Shown in pieces: positions 15,625 to 25,274 of a stretch of 25,274 nt of DNA (the first letter of the stretch is position 1; each line of letters starts with the position of its first letter). The DNA comes from a virus. Taxonomy: Duplodnaviria > Caudoviricetes. The notes beneath the pieces are model-generated. The model did not search any database. It saw only the letters and a list, made by a program, of their open reading frames with translations, and was not told the DNA's origin. A program made the translations under genes and the position numbers. Location: the IMG/VR virus record IMGVR_UViG_3300037634_004491, positions 1 to 25,274 of that record; one strand, written 5' to 3'.

Positions 15625-15783
15625 ATGCCAGCAAACAAACCATATCCAGGCGAGAATCCAGCCGCTGCACGAAAGAGAATAGCTGCTAATAAAGCTAAGA
15701 ATCCTGGTTCTATTAAGACTAAGGCTGATATGATGGCCGAAAACATATCCAGTACCATTAAAAATATAGGTGGTGGATACTAG
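15625..15783 (+). CDS. small basic protein (52 aa, MPANKPYPGENPAAARKR...)
   Basis: Translated by hand; AGGGAG RBS. Confidence 0.6.
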   Translation: MPANKPYPGENPAAARKRIAANKAKNPGSIKTKADMMAENISSTIKNIGGGY

Positions 15784-15862
15784 GGCCTTACTAGGGGCTA
15801 CCTAGGGGCTAGCTGGGGCTCATTAGCCCCACAGGTAAAGGTAAAGGTAAAGGTAATAGGTA
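15780..15862. repeat. CTAGGGGCTA repeats, GGGGCT-N4-AGCCCC palindrome and AGGTAA tandem; second copy of the rep-gene element
   Basis: 15815-15843 matches the reverse complement of 6289-6317 at 28 of 29 positions. Confidence 0.8.
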
Positions 15863-15906
15863 TACGGGTATACCGCGAAGTTTAAAATAAAAAAGGGGGT
15901 ATCACA

Positions 15907-16053
15907 TTGATTGAAGCAATTGTACTATCAACCCTACTAAGTGTAGAGCCAGCGTTTAAAAATCAGACCTATGAAGCAGAAACCAGGCTTGAGAGAAAGC
16001 GCTCGCATAAACGCAGAAGAAAGATTAGAAAGCCAATAAAAGGACTTAGATGA
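15907..16053 (+). CDS. small basic protein (48 aa, TTG start, MIEAIVLSTLLS...RKRSHKRRRKIRKP)
   Basis: Translated by hand; GGGGG RBS-like run; ATGA overlap with the TerS start. Confidence 0.55.
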   Translation: MIEAIVLSTLLSVEPAFKNQTYEAETRLERKRSHKRRRKIRKPIKGLR

Positions 16054-16775
16054 GAACCTATAAGGTAAAAGGCCTGGAACATCATGTGTATGACCTGGAG
16101 TCTGAACTGCCAGACAATATTAGTCCTATAAAAAATTGGCGCGACGGGTTCCCAGGGGATTGGGTTCGCGCTGATGATAATGCTTATGTGCAGATCTTAG
16201 AAAGAAAGAAAATGGGCGCTGGTGAGGTCGTGAGGACATGTGTCGGAACCTATAACGTAAAGTATACCATGGATACCGCTGAAAGAGAAGATCGCTATAA
16301 CATAAGTGGTAAGTCTAACGCAAATAGAATTAAAGAGCGCAAAAAGGCCAATCCAAGAGAGGTTCAGTTCGCACGCAAAGTACTTAAAGGAAAAGACGCA
16401 GTTGATGCTTATTTAGAGGTATATGACGCAAATAGTAAGAACTATGCTAAAACGCGTGCCGCGCTCTTAATGAAAACAGAAAGGATAGAAAAGCTTATGA
16501 ATCCAGGAAAAGAAGAGATGGACAAGGTATTTAATGATTTAGGTATTGATTTGGAGCTTCTAATTCAAAGAGTCAAGACTGAGGCCTTAGATAGCAAGAA
16601 CGGTAGCGACAGACTAAATGCTTTAAAAATGTTGTGCGATTTCTTTGGGGTTGGAGGTCAGAAAAAAGTCACTGAAGTTGCTGGAATATTTCAAGGCTTT
16701 GAGCCAGCCCAATTAGAAGAAGTAAAAAGACCGTCCTTGCCAGAGTACCAATCTACTGGCGATGAAACGATTTAA
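16050..16775 (+). CDS. terS: terminase small subunit (putative)
   Basis: Directly upstream of TerL; FARKVLKGKDAVDAYLEVY...A..LMK HTH-like segment and DRLNALKML. Confidence 0.65.
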   Translation: MRTYKVKGLEHHVYDLESELPDNISPIKNWRDGFPGDWVRADDNAYVQILERKKMGAGEVVRTCVGTYNVKYTMDTAEREDRYNISGKSNANRIKERKKANPREVQFARKVLKGKDAVDAYLEVYDANSKNYAKTRAALLMKTERIEKLMNPGKEEMDKVFNDLGIDLELLIQRVKTEALDSKNGSDRLNALKMLCDFFGVGGQKKVTEVAGIFQGFEPAQLEEVKRPSLPEYQSTGDETI

Positions 16776-18343
16776 TGGCCAATATAAACACTCAAAATGT
16801 TTCAGAAGCAGAAGAACTGCTTTTGGCAGCCAAGAATGATATAATCGCTTTTGGCAAGCTGTTTTTGCCAGATGATTTTTCAAGATCTGAGACCCCGTGG
16901 TTTCACTATCAAATAGTTGACGCAATAGACAGTATGGATGGGGATCTACATAAGTACCGCAATCTAGCTGTTATAATGCCTAGAGGACATGGAAAGACCG
17001 TTATAACAAAGGCAGATATTATGAGATCCTTTTGTTTTACTGAAGAACCACTATTTTACGGATGGGTATCTGCAACGCAGAAGCTGGCTGTTGGAAACAT
17101 GGATTACGTAAAAACCCATCTAGAGTTTAACGACAAGATTAAGTATTACTTCGGTGATATGAAGGGGAGGAAATGGACAGAAACCGATATAGAGCTTTCA
17201 AATGGATCTAAACTTATTTCAAAATCCAACATTTCTGGTATTCGTGGTGGTGCTAAGCTCCACAAGCGTTATGATCTTGTTGTATTGGACGACTTTGAAG
17301 ACGAAAACAATACGCTTACTCCAGAGTCTCGGTCGAAAAATGCAAATATGGTCACAGCTGTTGTTGCTCCTGCTTTGGAGCCTCACGACGGTCGTCTTCG
17401 CATTAATGGCACACCTGTTCATTATGATTCTTTCATTAATAACCTTATTACCAACTATGAAAAAGCTCAAAGCGAAAATAAAGACTTTTCTTGGAAAGTG
17501 ATGTTATATAAGGCAATTGATCTAGATGGAAACTCATTGTGGCATAGCTGGTTTCCAAAAGAAAAATTAGAAGAAAAGAAAAAGTTTTATGTTGACTCTG
17601 GACAGCCCCATAAGTTTTATCAAGAATATATGATGGAGGTGCAGTCTGCTGAAGACTCTATTTTCAATATGAGGCATGTCAAGCACTGGGATGGGTTTTA
17701 TAAGTTTGATGAAAATGAAATGATGCCGTATCTGTACTGTGACGGAGAAAAAGTGCCAGTCAATATTTTCGCAGGCGTGGATCCAGCCACAGACTCAGAA
17801 AGAAGAGATAGTGACTTTAGCGTTATTATGGTTGTCGCATGCGATATTAATGCTAATATATATGTGCTGGATTATATAAGAAAGAGGTCTTTGCCAGTAC
17901 TCGGCATACCAGGAGAAAATAAAAAAGGTATAGTTGACTATATGTTTGAGCTCAATAACAAGTATACTCCAACACTGTTCACCGTTGAAGACACATCAAT
18001 GTCAAAACCAATATTTCAAGCACTCAGGAGCGAGATGAGAAGAAAGAATGATTTTAGCTTACGGTTCAAGGAAGAAAAGCCTGGAACAAAGCAAAGCAAG
18101 CTTGATAGAATACAAGGAGTTTTAGCTCAAAGAATGTCAATTGGTGCGGTGAGAATACGAGACTCCCATTATGATCTCCAGCATGAGATACTTACTTTCG
18201 GCAAAAGAATGGCTCACGATGATACCATAGACGCGCTCGCCTACGCAGTCAAATATGCTCATCCACCAAGCGGCTCTGAAAGTCAGACTGGAGACTGGGT
18301 AAGAAGACAAGTTGATAGACCGAAAAGTTGGGTGCTAGCTTAA
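16775..18343 (+). CDS. terL: terminase large subunit
   Basis: Walker A MPRGHGKT, Walker B LVVLDD, GTP coupling motif, FYQEYM, nuclease AGVDPA and HDDTIDAL. Confidence 0.95.
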   Translation: MANINTQNVSEAEELLLAAKNDIIAFGKLFLPDDFSRSETPWFHYQIVDAIDSMDGDLHKYRNLAVIMPRGHGKTVITKADIMRSFCFTEEPLFYGWVSATQKLAVGNMDYVKTHLEFNDKIKYYFGDMKGRKWTETDIELSNGSKLISKSNISGIRGGAKLHKRYDLVVLDDFEDENNTLTPESRSKNANMVTAVVAPALEPHDGRLRINGTPVHYDSFINNLITNYEKAQSENKDFSWKVMLYKAIDLDGNSLWHSWFPKEKLEEKKKFYVDSGQPHKFYQEYMMEVQSAEDSIFNMRHVKHWDGFYKFDENEMMPYLYCDGEKVPVNIFAGVDPATDSERRDSDFSVIMVVACDINANIYVLDYIRKRSLPVLGIPGENKKGIVDYMFELNNKYTPTLFTVEDTSMSKPIFQALRSEMRRKNDFSLRFKEEKPGTKQSKLDRIQGVLAQRMSIGAVRIRDSHYDLQHEILTFGKRMAHDDTIDALAYAVKYAHPPSGSESQTGDWVRRQVDRPKSWVLA

Positions 18344-18609
18344 TGGCTGATGATGTGATAAAATTAATACAAGAGTTGGGCTTTCCTATTGCTATAAGCT
18401 GTGCATTAGCATTTGTTTTATATAGGGTGGTAATGTGGCTCTTGCGTGATGTGGTGGAATCGACCCTAAAAAGATTTGACTCCAAACACAAAGTATTAGC
18501 AGAAAAAATGGATCATAATATTGACAAGACCGAAAGATGTGAAAAGTATTTAAATGAAATTAAATCAGATTTAAAGGTTTATACTGACATAACAATGAAA
18601 GGGAAATAA
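18343..18609 (+). CDS. single-TM membrane protein with coiled coil (holin-like)
   Basis: IQELGFPIAISCALAFVLYRVVMWLL hydrophobic helix; TAATG-coupled start at 18343. Confidence 0.55.
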   Translation: MADDVIKLIQELGFPIAISCALAFVLYRVVMWLLRDVVESTLKRFDSKHKVLAEKMDHNIDKTERCEKYLNEIKSDLKVYTDITMKGK

Positions 18610-20888
18610 TGGCAAAGCAGACAGCAAAAACAAAAGCCGATAGAGTAAGAGATCTTTATGTTAATCTAAATGGTGCAAGTCGCCAGCGATGGGAAAAGAT
18701 TAATCAACAAGGACATGACTTTTATCTAGACAACCAACTTACCCAAGAGGAAAGCGAAACCCTTGAAAGACAAGGTATGCCGACGTTTACCATTAATCGT
18801 ATTATCCCTATTGTTGAGATGTTAAACTTTTATGTGACTGCGAATCAGCCACGCTGGCAGGCTGTTGGGGCAGAGGGATCTGATGTGGATGTTGCCAATG
18901 TGCATGCCGATGTTGCTGACTACATCTGGTATGAAAGTGATGGGCAAAGTAAGTTTAGTCAAGTTATTAATGATGCGGCAACAAAAAGCGTTGGCTATTT
19001 TAAGATATCAGTAGATGCGCACTCTGATCGGGGTCTTGGGGAAGTCCGTGTTGATACGGTTGAGCCTTTTGATGTATTTATTGATCCAAAAAGTAGAGAT
19101 ATATTTTATCGTGATGCAGCCTATATAATGGTTCATAAAGTTATTCCCCAGTCACACCTTCAAAAGATATTCCCAGAATATGCTACTAAAATTAAAAATG
19201 CTGGTGAAACAGAAAGAGATAATTATAGCTATAGTCAAAAAGCGGAGGGCGGTGATTTTCAATATAAAGATGTGATTGATGAAACCTTTGATTATTTTGG
19301 AGAAGAAGACCGCAGGCTTGACTACTATGAGATGTATGAAAAAATTAAAATTCCATATATGAATGTGTTTTACCGAATTGAGCCAACCCCTGAAGAGATT
19401 AGTAAAATACGGGCTCAGGTCGATATTGAGATGGAAGCAATACAAAAAGAATTGCAAGTAAAAATGCAGGAAACTATATTACAACTCAACCAGCAGTTGC
19501 AGGCTGGCAATATAATAGAGGAAAGATTTACTCTTGAGCTAGAAAAGTTAGAGAAACAAACAGAGCAGCAAATTATCCAAACAAGAGAGCAAAAGATTTC
19601 TCAAGCAATGGAGGCAGTTAGTCGTGTTGAGAATAATGTCGTTTCAGAAAAAGAATTTAAAGTATTAATGAAGGGTGAGCTTAAGAATAGTCTTATAGAT
19701 GCGATTAAATTTTATGAAGCTAGAATTAAGTTAACCTGTGTGATCGGTGACACTTTCATGTATGAAGCAGTGCTGCCAGGACTAGAATACCCAATAGTGC
19801 CTATACACTATAAGTGGACAGGAACTCCATATCCCATGTCTGCAGTAGCCCCATTGGTAGGGAAGCAACAAGAGCTGAATAAAGCTCATCAGTTAATGAT
19901 ACACAATGCCTCATTAGGCTCCTCCTTAAGGTATCTCTATCAAGAGGGAAGTATAGACGAAGACTATTGGGAGCGTTATGCATCTGCTCCTGGCGCACTC
20001 TTACCAGTAAGGCAGGGCTTTGAGGCTCCAAGTATTGTACAGCCAGCCCCAATCTCTACAGCATTTGCAAACATTGTCGAGCTTGGCAAGACAGATATGG
20101 AATATCTAGCTGGAATTTATTCTTCAATGCAGGGAGATATACAGGCTCAGCATGACACATTTAAAGGTCTCCTGGCAAATGATGAGTATGGCACTCGTAG
20201 GGTTAAGACTTGGATGAAAAACTCAGTAGAACCATCATTGCAGCATTTAGGTGAAGTAGTTAGGGATTATGCGCAGGCTACCTACAAGTCTAATAAGGTA
20301 TTTAGGATAGTAGAGCCTAATAATGAAAATATTAAAGATGTTGAAGTTAATATTATTCAATATAATAAGTATGGTGATGCAATTGGCAAATTTTTTGACT
20401 ATGAAACAGCTAAGTTTGATGTTAGATTAATTGCGGGCTCAACTATGCCAGTAAATCGTTGGGCATATTTAAAAGAGCTTATGGAAATGCTTAAGCTAGG
20501 TATAGTGGATGATATAGCGGTTCTAGCAGAGGCTGATATAAAAGGTAAGGATAAGATTGCTCAACGTAAGAGCCAGATGGCACAGATGCGTCAGGCCCTT
20601 GAAAAAGCTCAGCAAGAAATCAAAGAAGGCAAGGGTACTATTGAAACCCTCTCAAGACAGCTTGTGCAGGCAGGCATTAAGGATAAGCAGAGAATGGTTG
20701 AACATGATATGCGAAAACAGCTGCTTGATACGAGCGCAAAACTAAAGGGAGACACTGCTGTCGCAAGGGCAAACCAGGATCTCCAAAATGAAAGATCGAA
20801 GGACATGCAAAGAAACCAAGAGAAAGAGTTCAAACAACTCGTTCAAAATGGTTTGGCAGAAAAAAAAGAAGGTAATAACTTACCGTAA
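18609..20888 (+). CDS. portal protein (P22-like)
   Basis: 759 aa after TerL; GHDFY...Q...PTFTINRIIP, VFIDPKSR, YPIVP, QQELNK motifs; C-terminal coiled coil. Confidence 0.88.
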   Translation: MAKQTAKTKADRVRDLYVNLNGASRQRWEKINQQGHDFYLDNQLTQEESETLERQGMPTFTINRIIPIVEMLNFYVTANQPRWQAVGAEGSDVDVANVHADVADYIWYESDGQSKFSQVINDAATKSVGYFKISVDAHSDRGLGEVRVDTVEPFDVFIDPKSRDIFYRDAAYIMVHKVIPQSHLQKIFPEYATKIKNAGETERDNYSYSQKAEGGDFQYKDVIDETFDYFGEEDRRLDYYEMYEKIKIPYMNVFYRIEPTPEEISKIRAQVDIEMEAIQKELQVKMQETILQLNQQLQAGNIIEERFTLELEKLEKQTEQQIIQTREQKISQAMEAVSRVENNVVSEKEFKVLMKGELKNSLIDAIKFYEARIKLTCVIGDTFMYEAVLPGLEYPIVPIHYKWTGTPYPMSAVAPLVGKQQELNKAHQLMIHNASLGSSLRYLYQEGSIDEDYWERYASAPGALLPVRQGFEAPSIVQPAPISTAFANIVELGKTDMEYLAGIYSSMQGDIQAQHDTFKGLLANDEYGTRRVKTWMKNSVEPSLQHLGEVVRDYAQATYKSNKVFRIVEPNNENIKDVEVNIIQYNKYGDAIGKFFDYETAKFDVRLIAGSTMPVNRWAYLKELMEMLKLGIVDDIAVLAEADIKGKDKIAQRKSQMAQMRQALEKAQQEIKEGKGTIETLSRQLVQAGIKDKQRMVEHDMRKQLLDTSAKLKGDTAVARANQDLQNERSKDMQRNQEKEFKQLVQNGLAEKKEGNNLP

Positions 20889-20914
20889 TCGTAAATCAAA
20901 GGAAAATACGAAAA

Positions 20915-21817
20915 ATGGCAAAAAAGAAAGAAGGTAACTCCGAACAAGTTGTAGAAAAAGTAATGGATACAATAGTTGAGGACTCCAATGCAGACTTTTT
21001 TGATGCATTAGAAACGCAGGTTAATGGTGCAATACAAGATGCCCCAGCGGAACAGGCTGCAGTACAAGAGCCAGTTTCAGATCAGGTAACTCCACAAGTG
21101 GACTCCAGTTCTAGGGAAGTGCCTCAGAATCCTAATTGGGAAGATGAGAGCAATCCGTACAAAGTACGGTACAGCGATTCATCGCGTGAAAATACAAAGA
21201 ACAAGGCTGTGCTTGATAGGCTCAAACCCTATGAGTCTTTGATAGGCGTGATGGAACAAGATGCTGAATTAGTAGATATAGTACGTGGTTATTTAGATAA
21301 AGGAACGAAGCCTGACATGAAACAATCGCTAGACCTTGGAGACGACTTTGTGTTTGATATGGATGAAGCTATATCAGATCCAAACTCAAAATCTGCTCAA
21401 GTATTCAATACTATAGTAGACCAGAGAGCCGATCAAAAGGCTGGTGATAGAATCGCAGCTGAAAGGCAAAAAGCTCAGCAGGCAGCACAGAAGAGAAATA
21501 TGCAGAGCCAAACTAAACAGTTTGTAGATGCAAATGGAATGAACAAAGACGAGTTCTCAGAACTTAGCAAGTGGGCGCAGACTCATCAACTTTCTTGGGA
21601 TGATATAAATTATCTTAAGAATCGCGATAAGGCAAACGCTAAGATTGCTAACAATTCTAAGCAACAAGTCTTAGATCAAATGAAAAATGTGCAGTCTATG
21701 CCAGCAACAGCCAGCGCAGCTGGAGGTGAAAATCCTGGAGATCGTGACCATAATGACTCTATATTCGACTTAATTCAGAAAGCAGACAATAATCTAGACA
21801 ACGTATTTGGTGAATAG
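20915..21817 (+). CDS. capsid scaffolding protein (putative)
   Basis: Acidic and helical, RYSDSSRE motif, between portal and MCP. Confidence 0.7.
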   Translation: MAKKKEGNSEQVVEKVMDTIVEDSNADFFDALETQVNGAIQDAPAEQAAVQEPVSDQVTPQVDSSSREVPQNPNWEDESNPYKVRYSDSSRENTKNKAVLDRLKPYESLIGVMEQDAELVDIVRGYLDKGTKPDMKQSLDLGDDFVFDMDEAISDPNSKSAQVFNTIVDQRADQKAGDRIAAERQKAQQAAQKRNMQSQTKQFVDANGMNKDEFSELSKWAQTHQLSWDDINYLKNRDKANAKIANNSKQQVLDQMKNVQSMPATASAAGGENPGDRDHNDSIFDLIQKADNNLDNVFGE

Positions 21818-21861
21818 ATAGGTTTTTCTGTTTGCCAGGTCAAATATAAAGGAGATCAGAA

Positions 21862-23376
21862 ATGGCTGATTTATTTTATACGGGCAGTACGACTTCTAGT
21901 CTGAATCTTGACACTGGTGCAACTTACGGCACTATTGATACTGGCGATTTAAGGCGAAAGTATAATTTTGGTGATAGAGTTTCAGAGCTAGCAATAGCAC
22001 AAGACCCGTTTTTTCGATTCGTATCGAAATTAAATAAAAAACCAACAGATGATCCTCATTTTCAGTTTACTGAGAAGAGAGGTTCATATCATAAGCGCTA
22101 TGCTTATGTAACAGACCATGGAGCAACATCTGCTCTAGGCAACTCTGGGGATTCCACATGGGATTCTGGAGAAAGTGATCAAGGTGACACCTATTATTTC
22201 AAAATGGGAACTGACTATTCATCAGCTGGCAATCGCCAGAACGTATATGGCCAGTCCAATAATGATATATCAGTAGGTGATTCCAACACAAAACCAGAGT
22301 TCTTCATGGAAGGTCAATTAGTTAAAATCAATACACATACAGCAGGTGAATCACCTGGTTCTGGTGGCGGAGAAGTTGATAACTATGCAATAGTTAAGGT
22401 TGAATCTGTTGCTGATAGTGGCAGTGAGTTTGTTGTACTAAAAACTAGTGTCATTAAAGCGCCTTTTTCATCAGCTGCTTCAGTAGAGATTGCATCATTT
22501 GATACTGATACCCCAAAGGGTACTACTATCCAGGATTATGATAAGTCTATTGCATCTCAGTTAGAGCAGCAAAGATGCTATGTGGTTGGTAATGCAAATA
22601 AAGAGGGATCTGGATTCCCAGAAACCTGGAAAGATCAACCTTACTCACTAAAAACTGGCGCAACTCAGATTTGGAAAACCACAATGGCTATGTCCAATAC
22701 TGCTCGTGCAACAGTTCTTAGATACGAAGGTAATGAGTGGGCAAGAATCTGGAAAGAAAAGCTAATCGAACATAAGTGGGATATTGAAGCTGACTTATTG
22801 TTTGGTACTCAGTATATTGATACTAATAACGGTATCCAGTATACTCAGGGTGCTGTAGACTATGTGTTGACTAATGGTAATATCTTTACGTTAACAACAG
22901 CTACAAAAACAGCAGACGACTTCCTAGATGATATGTCTAACTATCTAGATCCTCGTTATAATGGCAGCTCAGCTAATGTATTTTTCTGTGATACAGAGAC
23001 TTACAATTGGTTGCATAAATTAGGTGGATACTTCAAGAACAACATGGAAGTTTCTTCTAACTTTAGCGCTGACCTAGCTGTAACAGGTCGTAAAAAAGTG
23101 CTCGGTCTGGACACAACAACAATCTCAACCGTTTATGGTGACATGAATGTTGTACGTAATGTACATTTGGATGGAAGTCCTGTAAAAATTCTTGCTATGA
23201 ACATGAAGAACTGTTTTTATCGTCCACTGGTTGGCAATGGTATAAACCGCGATACTGGTATTTATGTAGGTGTGCAAACACTTGAAAATAGTGGTATTGA
23301 TCGTAGAGTTGATCAAATCTTAACTGAAGCTGGTATGGAATTCGGTATGGCCGAATCTCATGCTATCTGGAAATAG
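21862..23376 (+). CDS. major capsid protein
   Basis: 504 aa after scaffold; strong AAGGAG RBS; TQIWKT, EHKWDIE.DLLFG, DQILTEAGME segments of HK97-fold MCPs. Confidence 0.85.
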   Translation: MADLFYTGSTTSSLNLDTGATYGTIDTGDLRRKYNFGDRVSELAIAQDPFFRFVSKLNKKPTDDPHFQFTEKRGSYHKRYAYVTDHGATSALGNSGDSTWDSGESDQGDTYYFKMGTDYSSAGNRQNVYGQSNNDISVGDSNTKPEFFMEGQLVKINTHTAGESPGSGGGEVDNYAIVKVESVADSGSEFVVLKTSVIKAPFSSAASVEIASFDTDTPKGTTIQDYDKSIASQLEQQRCYVVGNANKEGSGFPETWKDQPYSLKTGATQIWKTTMAMSNTARATVLRYEGNEWARIWKEKLIEHKWDIEADLLFGTQYIDTNNGIQYTQGAVDYVLTNGNIFTLTTATKTADDFLDDMSNYLDPRYNGSSANVFFCDTETYNWLHKLGGYFKNNMEVSSNFSADLAVTGRKKVLGLDTTTISTVYGDMNVVRNVHLDGSPVKILAMNMKNCFYRPLVGNGINRDTGIYVGVQTLENSGIDRRVDQILTEAGMEFGMAESHAIWK

Positions 23377-23388
23377 GGGGTATTAATC

Positions 23389-23892
23389 ATGGCAAATCCA
23401 TTATATGGACAAAATAAAAACGATGGTGATATGGCTCTCTATGGCAGGGGCAAGGCGCAAGTTATCTTAAATGGCGGGACTACTGTTGTATTAACTAATG
23501 AAGACAGTGGTGCATATTGCATTTTTGATACTGCAGGAGCTTCTCAGTTCACACTGCCTGATCCTGATCTAGGAGTACGCTTCACCTTTATAAGTGTTAT
23601 TCTAGCGACATCTGATCATGTAATACAGTCAAACACTAATGATGAGGGATTCTTGGGTGGTATAATCGGAGCTTCAACAACAGAAGCTAAGGCTATAGCC
23701 CATGGTGCAGCAACTGATGGTAATAATGATTTTATTACCTTAGATGGGGCAACATTGGGTGGAGCACCAGGAACAAGAGTTGAAGTTGTTGCAATCCTTG
23801 ATGCTTCAGCGGCTAAATGTTGGGCAGTGAGTGGTCAAATAGCAGCTGTTGGTTCTTCAGTAGTAACGCCATTTGGTGATGCACAACTGTAA
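23389..23892 (+). CDS. putative capsid decoration / auxiliary structural protein
   Basis: MANPLYGQNK start; L...DSG...FTLP....GVRFTF beta-rich fold; follows MCP. Confidence 0.55.
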   Translation: MANPLYGQNKNDGDMALYGRGKAQVILNGGTTVVLTNEDSGAYCIFDTAGASQFTLPDPDLGVRFTFISVILATSDHVIQSNTNDEGFLGGIIGASTTEAKAIAHGAATDGNNDFITLDGATLGGAPGTRVEVVAILDASAAKCWAVSGQIAAVGSSVVTPFGDAQL

Positions 23893-23903
23893 GGGGGTAG
23901 ATA

Positions 23904-24326
23904 ATGGCTGATGGAAGTGGAACTAAGTTAGCTGGAAAAGCAAGTTATGAAGAAGGTGCATACATGTTTAACATGAATGATGCTTCTGCCTCAACTCATA
24001 CGTTGGATATGGGAGATAGCGGAAAGGTCTACATGGTATACAGCACTGTAGCTAGAACTATAACTTTACCAGCAGTTAAAGCTGGACTTAAGTTTAAGTT
24101 CATAATGACAGACACAACAGCCGATAGTTCAATCGCAACTAATGAAGGCACTGCCCTGTTAAAGGGTGCAGCAGAATGTGGTGATGCCTATTTAACTCTT
24201 GCTGGTACTACTATTGTACTAGAAGCAGCAGGGGCGGTAGGAGACCATCTTGACTTTATTTGTGATGGTACTTATTGGTATGTTAGCGGTCATGGTTCAC
24301 ATGATGCTAGCTTTTCAGTATCTTAG
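23904..24326 (+). CDS. putative capsid decoration / auxiliary structural protein, related to the upstream gene
   Basis: L...DSGKVY...ITLPAVKAGLKFKF...GD.LDFICDGTYWYVSG. Confidence 0.55.
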   Translation: MADGSGTKLAGKASYEEGAYMFNMNDASASTHTLDMGDSGKVYMVYSTVARTITLPAVKAGLKFKFIMTDTTADSSIATNEGTALLKGAAECGDAYLTLAGTTIVLEAAGAVGDHLDFICDGTYWYVSGHGSHDASFSVS

Positions 24327-24344
24327 TAAATAAAAAGTAGATAA

Positions 24345-24391
24345 GGGCTGCCCCGCAAGGCGTTCATCTCGACTCCTCGTCGGGGTAGTCC
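24345..24391 (+). other. GC-rich stem-loop in the intergenic region
   Basis: GGGCTGCCCCG (24345-24355) pairs with CGGGGTAGTCC (24381-24391) with two G-U pairs; no U-tract. Confidence 0.5.
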
Positions 24392-24433
24392 ATGTCTCGT
24401 TCACGGTAAACCAAACCTTAGAGAGGAAGAAAA

Positions 24434-25274
24434 TTGGCAACATTTGAAACACAAGTAGAAGCATTAACTGGAATCGCAATCGACGGTTCCTCCGACCCAA
24501 CTCAAACTGAGTTATCAGCATTTCTAGTAGATGGCGTTAAAGACGTTGTTAACAGAATGATTGAGGCTCGTCCTGCAGAACTTTCCAAATTTACTGCAAC
24601 ATCAAACGAAACTGATGCAGTGGTTAAAACAGGAAAAATATTATCTGTTGTTAGGGAGCATGATAGCACAACTATACTGAGAAAGTGTACAGCAATAGAC
24701 CCAGGCGACAGGTATGACGCAACAGATACAGATAGTCTAAATTATCGTTCAAAGACAAGTCCTGGCTATTATGAATTAGATGGGCTAATACGCACGGTTC
24801 CAGCGGCTGGCTCTGGGAATAATGATGTGGTAGTGACTCAGGTATCTTATGATACGGGTGTTGTATTTGGTGATACTGTAGGAAGTGGGATAGATAATTT
24901 CCCAACCGAATATGAACACTTGGTTGGAATATACGCGGCAATAAAATCTATAGGGGCTAAGATGGGAGCTATAAGGGCTAGCTTATCTAGCTTTTCAGTA
25001 ACTGCAGTTCCGCCAGACATGCCCACAACAGCAACATCAATTCCTACATATGAGGATCCAGACACTGATGATGCTGGAGGTCGATCTATTAGCGATGAAA
25101 TAGATCAAATGCTTACATATATCGAAACAGATGAGGATGTAGAATTAGCAAGCGCAAAAGGGGTAGAGATAAATCTCAGATTTAAACGCGCATTAGATCA
25201 ATTTAATTCAGATATAGCAAAGTACAAGACAGAAAATGAAGGCGAAGTGTCTCATTATGCATCTGAAATCAATT
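24434..25274 (+). CDS. head-tail adaptor-like structural protein (partial, runs off the window)
   Basis: TTG start after GAGG; MATFETQVEALTG...FPTEYEHLVGIYAAIK; absent from the ORF track because no stop falls in the window. Confidence 0.65.
   Translation, partial: MATFETQVEALTGIAIDGSSDPTQTELSAFLVDGVKDVVNRMIEARPAELSKFTATSNETDAVVKTGKILSVVREHDSTTILRKCTAIDPGDRYDATDTDSLNYRSKTSPGYYELDGLIRTVPAAGSGNNDVVVTQVSYDTGVVFGDTVGSGIDNFPTEYEHLVGIYAAIKSIGAKMGAIRASLSSFSVTAVPPDMPTTATSIPTYEDPDTDDAGGRSISDEIDQMLTYIETDEDVELASAKGVEINLRFKRALDQFNSDIAKYKTENEGEVSHYASEIN

Noticed and set aside
16713-25065. Minus-strand and alternate-frame ORFs within the structural genes
   Set aside because: Overlap well-supported terminase, portal, capsid and adaptor genes

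Overview
Fragment of a dsDNA tailed-phage genome with two divergent arms; host not identifiable from the sequence. The minus-strand arm (~14.7 kb to 1) has a Gp88-like Fe-S protein, a long run of small hypothetical ORFs, RHH and XRE-HTH regulators, a Sak/DUF1071-like annealing protein, a replication-initiator-like protein, RusA and an HNH/DUF968-like protein. The plus-strand arm (~15.6 kb to end) has TerS, TerL, a P22-like portal, scaffold, major capsid protein, two related putative decoration proteins and a truncated adaptor-like protein. The main find is a 291-aa IS110/Nop-like protein lacking a nuclease domain (3601-4476, minus), followed directly by a 17-unit array of exact 36-nt period (2984-3604). 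Each unit has two alternating 9-nt repeats and two unique 9-nt spacers. This matches the TIGR-Tas (TasA-like) dual-spacer RNA-guided architecture, a recently described family; novelty of this instance needs database searches. A 29-bp iteron-like element inside the replication gene also recurs, inverted, upstream of the packaging genes. All protein family calls are from motif recognition by eye; no searches were run.
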